Assembly (NCBI GenBank): GCA_964501635.1
Contig: CAZCTS010000001.1
Coordinates: 2,547-42,456 of the forward strand
Direction: 5' to 3'
DNA length: 39,910 nucleotides
Origin: an uncultured Oscillospiraceae bacterium
GTDB lineage: Bacteria > Bacillota > Clostridia > Peptostreptococcales > Anaerovoracaceae
In this document: piece by piece, positions 26,298-33,977 of the stretch
Layout: each line of letters starts with the position of its first letter
Numbering within the stretch: the first letter of the stretch is position 1
Notes under the pieces: generated by a model
Database searches by the model: none
Told to the model about the DNA's origin: nothing
What the model saw: the letters and a program-made list of their open reading frames with translations, nothing else
Translations under genes and position numbers: made by a program

Positions 26298-27689
26298 TCA
26301 AGCCGGCATCAGTTCTTCGTCGATGGCTCTGGCGGCGCATTTCCCCGCGCCCATGGCCAGAATGACCGTGGCGGCGCCGGTCACGGCGTCTCCGCCCGCA
26401 TAAATGTGGTCTCTGCTGGTCTTGCCCGAGGGCTCCTGGGCCACGATGCCGCCCCATTTCTGGGTCTCCAGACCTTTGGTGGTGGATTTGATCAAAGGGT
26501 TGGGGGAGGTGCCGATGGCGATGATCACCGTGTCCAGCGGAATGGTCCATTCGGAGCCTTCCACGGGGACCGGCCGTCTTCTGCCGGAATCGTCGGGTTC
26601 GCCAAGCTTCATTTCCAGGCACTCCATGCCGGTGACGTTCAGCTTTTCGTCACCCAGGATACGGACCGGATTGTTCAGCAGTTTGAAAATGATGCCTTCT
26701 TCTTTTGCGTGCTCCACTTCTTCGGCTCTGGCGGGCAATTCCTCTTCGGACCTGCGGTAGACGATATACACCTCTTCGGCGCCCAGACGCTTGGCGCAGC
26801 GGGCTGCGTCCATGGCCACGTTTCCGCCGCCCACCACGGCGACCTTGCTGCTGTTTTTGATCGGCGTCGCGGCGTCAGGCTGATAGGCCTTCATCAGATT
26901 GACTCGGGTCAGATACTCGTTGGCGGAGTATACGCCTTTGAGATTCTCTCCGGGAATGTGCATAAAGGTGGGAAGGCCGGCGCCGGATCCGATGAATACC
27001 GCCTCAAATCCCTGTTCATCCATCAGTTCGTCGATGCTGGTGGATTTTCCGATGACCATGTTCGTCTTGACCTCCACGCCCAGCTCTTTCAGGGCGTCGA
27101 TCTCCTTGCGGACGATCGCCTTGGGCAGCCTGAACTCGGGAATGCCGTAGACCAGCACGCCGCCGGGGGTATGCAGCGCTTCGAAAATCGTTACATGGTA
27201 GCCCTTTTTCGCCAGATCGCCGGCGCAGGTGAGGCCTGCGGGACCCGATCCGATCACAGCGACCTTGTGGCCGTTGGAGGCGGGCCGTACAGGTTTTTCT
27301 TCGGTGTTCTGGATATGCCAGTCGGCCACGAAGCGCTCCAGGCGTCCGATGCCCACGGATTCGCCTTTGATTCCCCTCACACAGCGTTCCTCGCATTGAG
27401 TCTCCTGAGGACACACTCTGCCACATACAGCGGGAAGGGAGCTGTCTTTGGCAATGATTTGGTAGGCCTCCTCGTAGGCGCCCTGGGCGGTTTTCTGGAT
27501 AAAGGCGGGGATGTCGATCTCCACCGGACAACCCGCGATGCAGGGCTTGTGCTTGCAGTTGAGGCAGCGGGCGGCCTCGTCCAGCGCTTGCTCCTCGGTG
27601 TATCCGAGGGCGACTTCCTGGAAGTTGCCGTTCCGGATGTGGGGGTCCTGGGAAGGCATTTCGTTTTTCTTCAGCGACAGGTTGGCCAT
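26298..27689 (-). CDS. nfnB: NADH-dependent reduced ferredoxin:NADP+ oxidoreductase large subunit (GltD-like, 2x[4Fe-4S] + FAD/NADPH)
   Basis: 463 aa. It has N-terminal Cys clusters (CLNCKHKPCIAGCP, CGRVCPQETQCEERC) and two Rossmann motifs (VAVIGSGPAGL, VAVVGGGNVAMD). It is paired with a PyrK-like subunit directly upstream. Confidence 0.8.
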   Translation of the reverse strand: MANLSLKKNEMPSQDPHIRNGNFQEVALGYTEEQALDEAARCLNCKHKPCIAGCPVEIDIPAFIQKTAQGAYEEAYQIIAKDSSLPAVCGRVCPQETQCEERCVRGIKGESVGIGRLERFVADWHIQNTEEKPVRPASNGHKVAVIGSGPAGLTCAGDLAKKGYHVTIFEALHTPGGVLVYGIPEFRLPKAIVRKEIDALKELGVEVKTNMVIGKSTSIDELMDEQGFEAVFIGSGAGLPTFMHIPGENLKGVYSANEYLTRVNLMKAYQPDAATPIKNSSKVAVVGGGNVAMDAARCAKRLGAEEVYIVYRRSEEELPARAEEVEHAKEEGIIFKLLNNPVRILGDEKLNVTGMECLEMKLGEPDDSGRRRPVPVEGSEWTIPLDTVIIAIGTSPNPLIKSTTKGLETQKWGGIVAQEPSGKTSRDHIYAGGDAVTGAATVILAMGAGKCAARAIDEELMPA

Positions 27690-28532
27690 TTATTTCACCT
27701 CCATCTTGTAGAGATTACAGACGTCTTCGTGGCATTTGATCTCAAAATCCCGATACATCATCCCTCTTTGCATCGCCTGGTCAAAATCCACCTGGTGACC
27801 GTCGAAATCCGGTCCGTCCACGCAGGCGAACTTCGTTTCTCCGCCCACGGTCAGGCGGCAGCAGCCGCACATGCCGGTCCCGTCGATCATGATGGAGTTC
27901 ATGCTTACCACAGTCTTTACATTATATTGCTTTGTGAGCAGGCTGACGAATTTCATCATGATGACCGGCCCGATGGCGATCACTTCGTCGTATTGCTCTC
28001 CCGCATCCAACAACGCTTTGAGCGCGTCGGTCACCAGTCCTTTTTCGCCGTAGCTGCCGTCGTCGGTCACCAGGACCATCCGCTGGCTGGCGGCCCGGAA
28101 TTCGTCTTCCAGGATGACCAGGTCCTTGGTTTTAAAGCCGACCACCGCGTGGACGATGGTCCCCTGCTGGTGGAGTTTCTTCGCCACGGGGTAGGCGATG
28201 GCGCAGCCCACGCCGCCCCCAACGACCGCGACCTTTTTAAGCCCCTCCGTGTGGGAGGGAACGCCCAAGGGGCCCACCAGGTCTTGAAGAGAATCCCCCT
28301 CCTCCAGATGGTTCAGCGCTTCGGTCGTGGCACCTACGATCTGGAATATGATGGTGATGGATCCCTTCTGCCGGTCGAAATCAGCGATGGTCAGGGGGAT
28401 CCGCTCCCCGTTCTCGTCCACGCGCAGCATGACAAACTGGCCGGGTTCGCCTTTTTTGGCGATGGGCGGCGCGTCGATCTCCATGAGGGTGACAGTGGGA
28501 TTTAAATTGACTTTCTTTAATATTGTATACAC
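27690..28532 (-). CDS. nfnA: NfnA-type small subunit (PyrK/sulfide dehydrogenase-like FAD/NAD-binding, [2Fe-2S])
   Basis: Taken from ORF 27690..28595, with the start moved to GTG 28532 (the minus strand reads AAGGAGGATCGAATC-GTG). The N-terminus is VYTILKKVNLNPTVTLMEIDAPPIAKKGEPGQFVMLR. The C-terminal Cys cluster is GTGMCGCCRLTVGGETKFACVDGP. Its stop abuts the nfnB start. Confidence 0.8.
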   Translation of the reverse strand: MYTILKKVNLNPTVTLMEIDAPPIAKKGEPGQFVMLRVDENGERIPLTIADFDRQKGSITIIFQIVGATTEALNHLEEGDSLQDLVGPLGVPSHTEGLKKVAVVGGGVGCAIAYPVAKKLHQQGTIVHAVVGFKTKDLVILEDEFRAASQRMVLVTDDGSYGEKGLVTDALKALLDAGEQYDEVIAIGPVIMMKFVSLLTKQYNVKTVVSMNSIMIDGTGMCGCCRLTVGGETKFACVDGPDFDGHQVDFDQAMQRGMMYRDFEIKCHEDVCNLYKMEVK

Positions 28533-28684
28533 GATTCGATCCTCCTTCGCGATCCTTCCCTGGCGCTTGTGTCGCAAGAATGATGTGGGGACCAAGGAAA
28601 ACTAACTAAATAATATTATCACAATGCATGAGGGATTAAAACCCCCTGTTAATGTAAATAAATTACAAATAAGGCAATATATCC

Positions 28685-28716
28685 TTGACAAATCCGCTAA
28701 ACTTGTGTAATATAAT
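28685..28716 (+). promoter_or_regulatory. sigma-A-type promoter of the Tad-like locus
   Basis: TTGACA (28685-28690), a 17-nt spacer, then TAATAT (28708-28713), which overlaps TATAAT (28711-28716). It lies in a conspicuously AT-rich 150-bp divergent intergenic region. Confidence 0.6.
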
Positions 28717-28744
28717 GTTAAATTATGGAAAATGGAGACAAGGC

Positions 28745-29383
28745 ATGAAATGGAGAACCACCCTGGGCATCTCGCTGATCGTCCTGAGTTTGGCCCTTAT
28801 GCTCTTCTGGGAATTCCGGGGCAGGGATGTCCTAACAATGACGCAGATATTGACAGCCTCCCGGGATATCCTGCCCGGGGAAAGGCTGCTGGCCCAGGAT
28901 GTGGCAAGCACTCCAGTTCCTCCGGAAAATGTGATCCAGGGCGCGTTGGCGCCAAGCGATGCAAAACTGATCCTGGGGCGCAACGCCATTTATCCGCTGT
29001 CGGCCAGGCAGCAGCTGAGCGCCTCGTATTTCAAGGAGGATCAGGATATCCTGCGGCGGAACGAATCGATATTCCCCATCCGCCCCCAATGGATCGGATC
29101 CATGAGCGGCGCGGTCCGGCCGGGGGATGTGGTCAGTCTGGTCTCTTCTTCGTCGGAGGAAGGCCTTGGGATGTATCGAGTCGCCTATGTGATGGACCAG
29201 GCGGGCGGCCTTCTGGAATGGCCGGCAGCGGACGCTGGGGATCTGCTTGGACGCAGCCGGGGCCCCGATCCGGCCGCCAGTCTGGAGATCGTCTGCACCT
29301 TGGAGGACTACCTGAATATTTTGCGAAGCCAGACAGCGGCAGCGCCCAAAGATCTCATCGTGTTTATGGAGGGCGGGTTATGA
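28745..29383 (+). CDS. CpaB/RcpC-like pilus assembly protein (TM anchor + SAF-like domain)
   Basis: Taken from ORF 28685..29383, with the start moved to ATG 28745 (GGAGA 7 nt upstream). It has an N-terminal helix TLGISLIVLSLALMLFW followed by TASRDILPGERLLAQDVASTPVP, the usual SAF-domain opening of CpaB proteins. Confidence 0.6.
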   Translation: MKWRTTLGISLIVLSLALMLFWEFRGRDVLTMTQILTASRDILPGERLLAQDVASTPVPPENVIQGALAPSDAKLILGRNAIYPLSARQQLSASYFKEDQDILRRNESIFPIRPQWIGSMSGAVRPGDVVSLVSSSSEEGLGMYRVAYVMDQAGGLLEWPAADAGDLLGRSRGPDPAASLEIVCTLEDYLNILRSQTAAAPKDLIVFMEGGL

Positions 29384-30183
29384 GCGGGATCTATACCTTT
29401 TTCGGGGTAGACAACAAATGCGGCACCTCCATGGTGTGCCAATCCGTAGCCGAATACATCGCCGGAGAAATGCCGGACTGGAATGTGCTCCTCATCCATA
29501 CCGAAGGGGATGTGGGCACCGGGTATGCAGCCTGCTCGGGTGAATCCACCGGGCGGATCCGGCCGGGATTGTCCAAAGGCTTGTTCGACCCCCAGGAGGT
29601 GGTCGCGCGATCCCAATGGCAGAAGAATCTTCATTTTATCGCCGGCGCGGACCCTCTGGAGGAAGAAGGGAAATATCACCCGGATCTGTCGAACGCGCTC
29701 CTGCGGCGTCTCAAGAACTGCTTCGATCTGATCCTCTGCGACAGCGGCAGCCAAATTGAAAACGGTTTGGCTCTGGGGTCTCTGTTTGCCGCGGACGGGA
29801 TCTTTCTGGTCATGGTCCAGGCCGAAGGAGCCGTTCGCAGATTCGAGCGACTGATCCGTTTGTACCTGAAGCTCAATGTGTCGACGATGGGTTGTTTGAT
29901 CAACCGCTTTCGCGAGAAAAGTCCCTATACACCGGCTTATCTGCGGGAACGGCTGGACCAGTTCCCCGGCGCGTTTTACACCGTGGGAGAATCCCCTATG
30001 GGCATTCTGGCCGAAACGGAGGGTCGCTCTCTCATGAATTACCGGGACCGGGCTTTTCGAAAAGATGTCTGCCGGATCGGCGACCTCATCCTGGCCGACG
30101 CGGGAGCGCAAAGGGTCCCGGAGAAAGGCAGGGCATCGTGGAACCTTTTGAAATTCAAGAATACATCAAGAATCGAAGCGTAG
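29380..30183 (+). CDS. TadZ/CpaE-like ParA/MinD-fold protein with degenerate Walker A
   Basis: This is the 3' two-thirds of listed ORF 28732..30183. ATG 29380 overlaps the upstream stop (ATGA), with GGAGGG 6 nt upstream. The P-loop position reads FFGVDNKCGTSMV instead of KGGxGK(T/S). LILCDSG is Walker-B-like. Confidence 0.6.
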   Translation: MSGIYTFFGVDNKCGTSMVCQSVAEYIAGEMPDWNVLLIHTEGDVGTGYAACSGESTGRIRPGLSKGLFDPQEVVARSQWQKNLHFIAGADPLEEEGKYHPDLSNALLRRLKNCFDLILCDSGSQIENGLALGSLFAADGIFLVMVQAEGAVRRFERLIRLYLKLNVSTMGCLINRFREKSPYTPAYLRERLDQFPGAFYTVGESPMGILAETEGRSLMNYRDRAFRKDVCRIGDLILADAGAQRVPEKGRASWNLLKFKNTSRIEA

Positions 30184-31577
30184 AAGCGGCAGAGCTCCCC
30201 CTTGAATCGAGCGCAGCGTTTGAATTCGGCGATCTCTGCGATCAGATCAAAGCCGCTTTTTTCAAGGAGTGGGAGAGAGAAGAGAATCCCAAGTCCATGC
30301 TGGACATCCAGAAGCGGGCCATCATCGGCTACGAAAAGGAGTCCGCCTATTTTAAGGATCGAATCGGAGACCTGCTTCGGAGGATGGGCGCCTGGGACAC
30401 CCCCCATCCTCCCTGGTACACGACGCTGACGGAAGGAGTCTATCAGGAAAACTGGGGGCTGGCAGGCATCAGCGAATGGTTTGGCCCGGATTTTTCCAGC
30501 AGCAGCTCGGCAAAAATTATCGGGGAGCGCATCTACTTTCTTCAAGAAGGGAAAATGGCGCTCAAGCCCCAGAAGATATCCAAGGCCAGAAAAGAGCAGC
30601 TGATCCGGGCATTTCTCCTGTTGAACCCGGAAGAGAGACTGGACAAGACCTATCACGAGACCTATCTGCTGGACGGGACCCGGGTGACGATCTACGCCGA
30701 GCCCATGGCGAAAAAGGAGCAGGCCGCCATCGTGTTTCGCAGGTATATCATTCCGATCCTGAGCTTCGAGGAACAGGCCAGGAGGAAAACGATCCCGGCG
30801 GAGGCCATCCCGTTCCTGCGGCAAATGGTGCAAATCGGATTTAATGTGGTGTTCCTGGGCGCTGTTCGAACAGCCAAAACCACTTTTCTCACCACCTGGC
30901 AGAGTTATGAGGACCCCTCGCTGGAAGGGGTCATGGTGGAGACGGATCCGGAGATCCCCTTGCATCGGATCCTTCCCCAAGCGCCTATACTTCAGCTTCT
31001 CGCCGATGGGCAGGAGTTGTCTAGGATATCCAAAAGCCTGCTTCGAAGCGACGCCGACTACTTCATCCTGGCGGAGGCAAGAGACGGCATCGCTTTGAAC
31101 ACGGCGGTCAAGATCGCCGGAAAAGGAACGAAACGGATGAAGCTGACGTTCCATTCCGGCGATCCGGATCAATTTCCCCTGGAGGCGGCAGAGGAGATCG
31201 TCCAGGCTACCGGAGGGGATCTGTCCATGACCATGAGAAGGGTGGCCTCCGGCTTCGATTATCTGTTTCATTTTATTCAACTGTCCGACAAGCGGGAGAA
31301 GCGGCTGAACAGCATTCGCGAATTGAACTGCAGCGAGGATGGCCGGATCACCGTCTCTCCGATCTGCGCCTACGACGCGCTGGACGACAGCTGGATGTTC
31401 TACGACCGGGTCGGAGCGCAGAAGCGCGGCTACGCGCTCACATCGGACCCCAAGGCGTTCCAAGATATGCAAAAGTGCCTGAGGGAGCTCGCCGCCGCTT
31501 CACCCATACGCAATGGACCGGCGCCGATAAAGGAGAAGGAAACCCATGGACCTGTTCCGCATGGATCTGTTGATTGA
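30138..31577 (+). CDS. TadA/CpaF-like secretion ATPase (GspE/VirB11 superfamily)
   Basis: In frame with ORF 29892..31577. I propose GTG 30138 as the start; ATG 30298 is the alternative. Motifs: Walker A variant FLGAVRTAKTTFL (30858-30884), ETDPEIPL (Asp-box-like), DYFILAEARD (Walker B-like), MKLTFHSGD (His-box-like). Confidence 0.65.
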   Translation: MEPFEIQEYIKNRSVEAAELPLESSAAFEFGDLCDQIKAAFFKEWEREENPKSMLDIQKRAIIGYEKESAYFKDRIGDLLRRMGAWDTPHPPWYTTLTEGVYQENWGLAGISEWFGPDFSSSSSAKIIGERIYFLQEGKMALKPQKISKARKEQLIRAFLLLNPEERLDKTYHETYLLDGTRVTIYAEPMAKKEQAAIVFRRYIIPILSFEEQARRKTIPAEAIPFLRQMVQIGFNVVFLGAVRTAKTTFLTTWQSYEDPSLEGVMVETDPEIPLHRILPQAPILQLLADGQELSRISKSLLRSDADYFILAEARDGIALNTAVKIAGKGTKRMKLTFHSGDPDQFPLEAAEEIVQATGGDLSMTMRRVASGFDYLFHFIQLSDKREKRLNSIRELNCSEDGRITVSPICAYDALDDSWMFYDRVGAQKRGYALTSDPKAFQDMQKCLRELAAASPIRNGPAPIKEKETHGPVPHGSVD

Positions 31578-32493
31578 ACTGCTGATATTTTTCGTGTTCG
31601 CCGCGGGCCTGGCCTGCCTGTTTCTGGAGCATATCCGGCTGCTGCGTCTGCACTGGCGGATGCGAAGACGGCTCCGCCGCGCGAAGAAGCGAAGCCGGCA
31701 GCTCTCTCCGCCTTTGCGCTATGCCCGAAGGCTTCTGCAGGCAAGCTTTCAGAATCCGCCGGGGGAGAATGTGTTTCTTTTGCTTCTGGCTTTGATTTTT
31801 CTGTTGGTCATGTTCCTTGCGCTTCAAAGCTTTTCGCCCGGCACAGCTCTCCTGTTTTCCGGTATCGCCACTTCGCTTCCGGTTTTTCTGCTGGCGGTCC
31901 GCCTGGAGATCCGCAGAAAGAAAGGCAGCCGGGAAGGCTTGCCTCTGGTGTCGGAGCTGCACCGTCATTACTGGGCCAATCACCGGAACATTTATTCGGC
32001 GATGGAGGCCACGCTGAACGGAAACGGGACTTTCCCGGTATTCAGGAAATTGCTCTTTCAGCTCCTTCTGAAACTGCGCAGCACCGGGAATCCCGCGGAG
32101 ATCCGGGAAGCGGTGGACCAGTTTTCCTTTTCGGCGGGCACGGTGTGGGCCAGGATGCTGGGCTTGTGCATCCGGATGGCCTCGGAAAGCGGCAGCGACA
32201 TTTCGCTGGGCCTTCAGGACATCTCCAGCCAGCTGAGCGAGGCCAACACCCGGGCCGAAGAGCGGAGCCGGATGAACAGCGAGGCGCTTCGAATGACGGT
32301 CTTTCTGGTGCCCGCTCTCTACGCCGGGACCATGGGGATCGCCATGTACTATCTGGGCCTGGAGCCGGTCCGCCTGATGCGCAACCAGTTTGCCACGCCG
32401 GAAGGACTATTGTTCTTTATGATCATTCTGCTGTTTTTCGTGATCAATCTGGCGGTCATGGAGTTGCTTCAGAATCAAAAACTGGATTACTGA
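31546..32493 (+). CDS. TadB-like (GspF/T2SSF-type) inner-membrane platform protein
   Basis: 315 aa, with AAGGAGAAGGA upstream. It overlaps the ATPase gene by 32 nt. The layout is an N-terminal TM, two central TMs, a cytoplasmic helical region and two C-terminal TMs, as in TadB. Confidence 0.6.
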   Translation: MDLFRMDLLIELLIFFVFAAGLACLFLEHIRLLRLHWRMRRRLRRAKKRSRQLSPPLRYARRLLQASFQNPPGENVFLLLLALIFLLVMFLALQSFSPGTALLFSGIATSLPVFLLAVRLEIRRKKGSREGLPLVSELHRHYWANHRNIYSAMEATLNGNGTFPVFRKLLFQLLLKLRSTGNPAEIREAVDQFSFSAGTVWARMLGLCIRMASESGSDISLGLQDISSQLSEANTRAEERSRMNSEALRMTVFLVPALYAGTMGIAMYYLGLEPVRLMRNQFATPEGLLFFMIILLFFVINLAVMELLQNQKLDY

Positions 32494-32505
32494 CAGGAGA
32501 GGGTC

Positions 32506-33153
32506 ATGAGCTTGGGCGTGTTGTTTTTAACAGATGTGTTCTTTTGGGCCGGCTGCTATTTTCTCTATCGGAGAGAATCGCTGCGCCTTGCGGAAAGGGC
32601 CGCCCGATGGGGGCGGTCGGCCGGAGCGAAAGCCCGTTCCAGCGGCGCGGCCAAAGGTCTCCGCAGTTATGCCCGCCACCGCAGAAGAAATGTCCGGGAG
32701 AGGGAGTTGAGCGAGTGTCTGGCGTATATGCAGAATATGGTGGCGCTCGGAAGAGGGAGCGCCATGAGCGGAGAATTGCTGCTGGCCGAGCTGGCGGATC
32801 TCTGCGACAGCCTGCAGAGCGTCTTCTGGGAAATGTCCCACAGGCTGCGCCTGTGCGACGGAGAAGGGGCGGAAACGATTTTTTGCCGGGCTTTCGAACA
32901 GGATTATGCGCAGGATGTGGCCAAGCTGTTCATCGAATGGGAACGCATTTCACCCCAGGAACTGGGCAGCACGGTGGGCGCCTACCGGAACCTTCTGCTG
33001 CAAAAGAGGCGGACCCGGCAAAAGAACAGGGATGAATGGATGAGCGACCTGGCCTATTTCCCCGTGGTGGTCAACGCCATGGCCGTGCTCCTCAACTTCA
33101 TTTATGTGGCCTATTTTATTGAACAGCGGAATTCGTTAATGGGTATTCTTTAA
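32506..33153 (+). CDS. TadC-like (short GspF-type) membrane protein
   Basis: 215 aa, with AGGAGAGGG upstream. The layout is an N-terminal TM, a helical cytoplasmic domain and a C-terminal TM (YFPVVVNAMAVLLNFIYVAYFI). The assignment rests mainly on position and topology. Confidence 0.5.
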   Translation: MSLGVLFLTDVFFWAGCYFLYRRESLRLAERAARWGRSAGAKARSSGAAKGLRSYARHRRRNVRERELSECLAYMQNMVALGRGSAMSGELLLAELADLCDSLQSVFWEMSHRLRLCDGEGAETIFCRAFEQDYAQDVAKLFIEWERISPQELGSTVGAYRNLLLQKRRTRQKNRDEWMSDLAYFPVVVNAMAVLLNFIYVAYFIEQRNSLMGIL

Positions 33154-33174
33154 GATACCGGGAAGGAGTGGAGC

Positions 33175-33336
33175 ATGAAACAGTTGATCGTACTGGTGGC
33201 GACCGTGATGCTGGGCATCGCCATCGGAGGGATGGTGATGGGTTTCAACGGCCAGGCAGACCAGGTCCGGGACAGCGTATCAGGTAATATTAACGACATT
33301 ATCACAGAGTACGACGCCACAGCCGCAATCGATTGA
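33175..33336 (+). CDS. 53-aa single-helix pilin-like mini-protein (no canonical Flp motif)
   Basis: Not in the ORF track because it is shorter than 60 aa. GGAAGGAG lies 6 nt upstream. My own translation: MKQLIVLVATVMLGIAIGGMVMGFNGQADQVRDSVSGNINDIITEYDATAAID. Confidence 0.55.
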   Translation: MKQLIVLVATVMLGIAIGGMVMGFNGQADQVRDSVSGNINDIITEYDATAAID

Positions 33337-33345
33337 GAAGACGCT

Positions 33346-33510
33346 ATGAAACAGTTGATCGTGATGGTCGCGGCGCTGGCCCTGGGGCTGCAGTTGTTTG
33401 CCATGATCGCCGGAAGCGGGGAGGACAGCGTGGCCTCCACGCTGCGCCAGGTTTGGGTGCATGAGATCGAAGCCAGAAGGATGGAAGAAAGTCCGGAGGG
33501 GGAGCTATGA
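33346..33510 (+). CDS. 54-aa single-helix pilin-like mini-protein, paralogue of the preceding gene
   Basis: My own translation: MKQLIVMVAALALGLQLFAMIAGSGEDSVASTLRQVWVHEIEARRMEESPEGEL. Its first 17 nt are identical to those of the previous gene. Its stop overlaps the next start (ATGA at 33507-33510). Confidence 0.5.
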   Translation: MKQLIVMVAALALGLQLFAMIAGSGEDSVASTLRQVWVHEIEARRMEESPEGEL

Positions 33511-33935
33511 AGCAGTTTCTGGTCCTGCTGGCGGCGCTGCCGCTCCTGCTGATCTTCCTCCTGCAATTCTCCCTGGATCAGATGAACCACGCCAGGATAG
33601 GGCTCTTGTCGGATTGTGTGTATGTGGCAAGAGAACAGGCCAGGCAGAAGGGCTGCTTCACCACGGAGATCTGCGAGGATCTTCGGACAAGGATCTCGTC
33701 CATCCTGGATATCGATCCGGCATTGGTGGACATCCAGGCCACGGACACGCCAAGGTATCGGCTGCTGGGGGATGCCTGGATGGACGGGGGTTTCGAAAGA
33801 GGACTTATATACTACAAGGTCTCGGTCCCGATGGGACAGATCATGGCGGGGCCCAGGCTCTTCGGCATCCGGGAGGACGACAACCGTCTGGTCTTTTCCA
33901 TCGACAGCTTTACGGCCAGCGAATTATTGCCCTGA
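33507..33935 (+). CDS. TadE-like pseudopilin-type protein
   Basis: 142 aa. The N-terminus MKQFLVLLAALPLLLIFLLQFSL resembles the hydrophobic TadE N-terminal segment (..ALVLPVLLLL..), but without the preceding leader and Glu. Confidence 0.55.
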   Translation: MKQFLVLLAALPLLLIFLLQFSLDQMNHARIGLLSDCVYVAREQARQKGCFTTEICEDLRTRISSILDIDPALVDIQATDTPRYRLLGDAWMDGGFERGLIYYKVSVPMGQIMAGPRLFGIREDDNRLVFSIDSFTASELLP

Positions 33936-33977
33936 TCCCACGCCGGGCAGGACTCAGGCTTCGGGTGGAGAACTGTC

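Noticed and set aside
26406-28505. A 699-aa + strand ORF across nfnB and nfnA.
   Set aside because: It is antisense to two genes with clear Fe-S and Rossmann motifs, and its translation is low complexity. It is a shadow ORF.
28732-29379. The 5' third of ORF 28732..30183, which would give a 483-aa protein overlapping the CpaB-like gene in another frame. This could be read as a fusion or frameshifted pseudogene.
   Set aside because: The translation of this part is Gly/Pro/Arg-rich and featureless. The alternative frame gives a coherent TM plus SAF-like protein. A good RBS plus ATGA-coupled start at 29380 explains the remainder, so no frameshift is needed.
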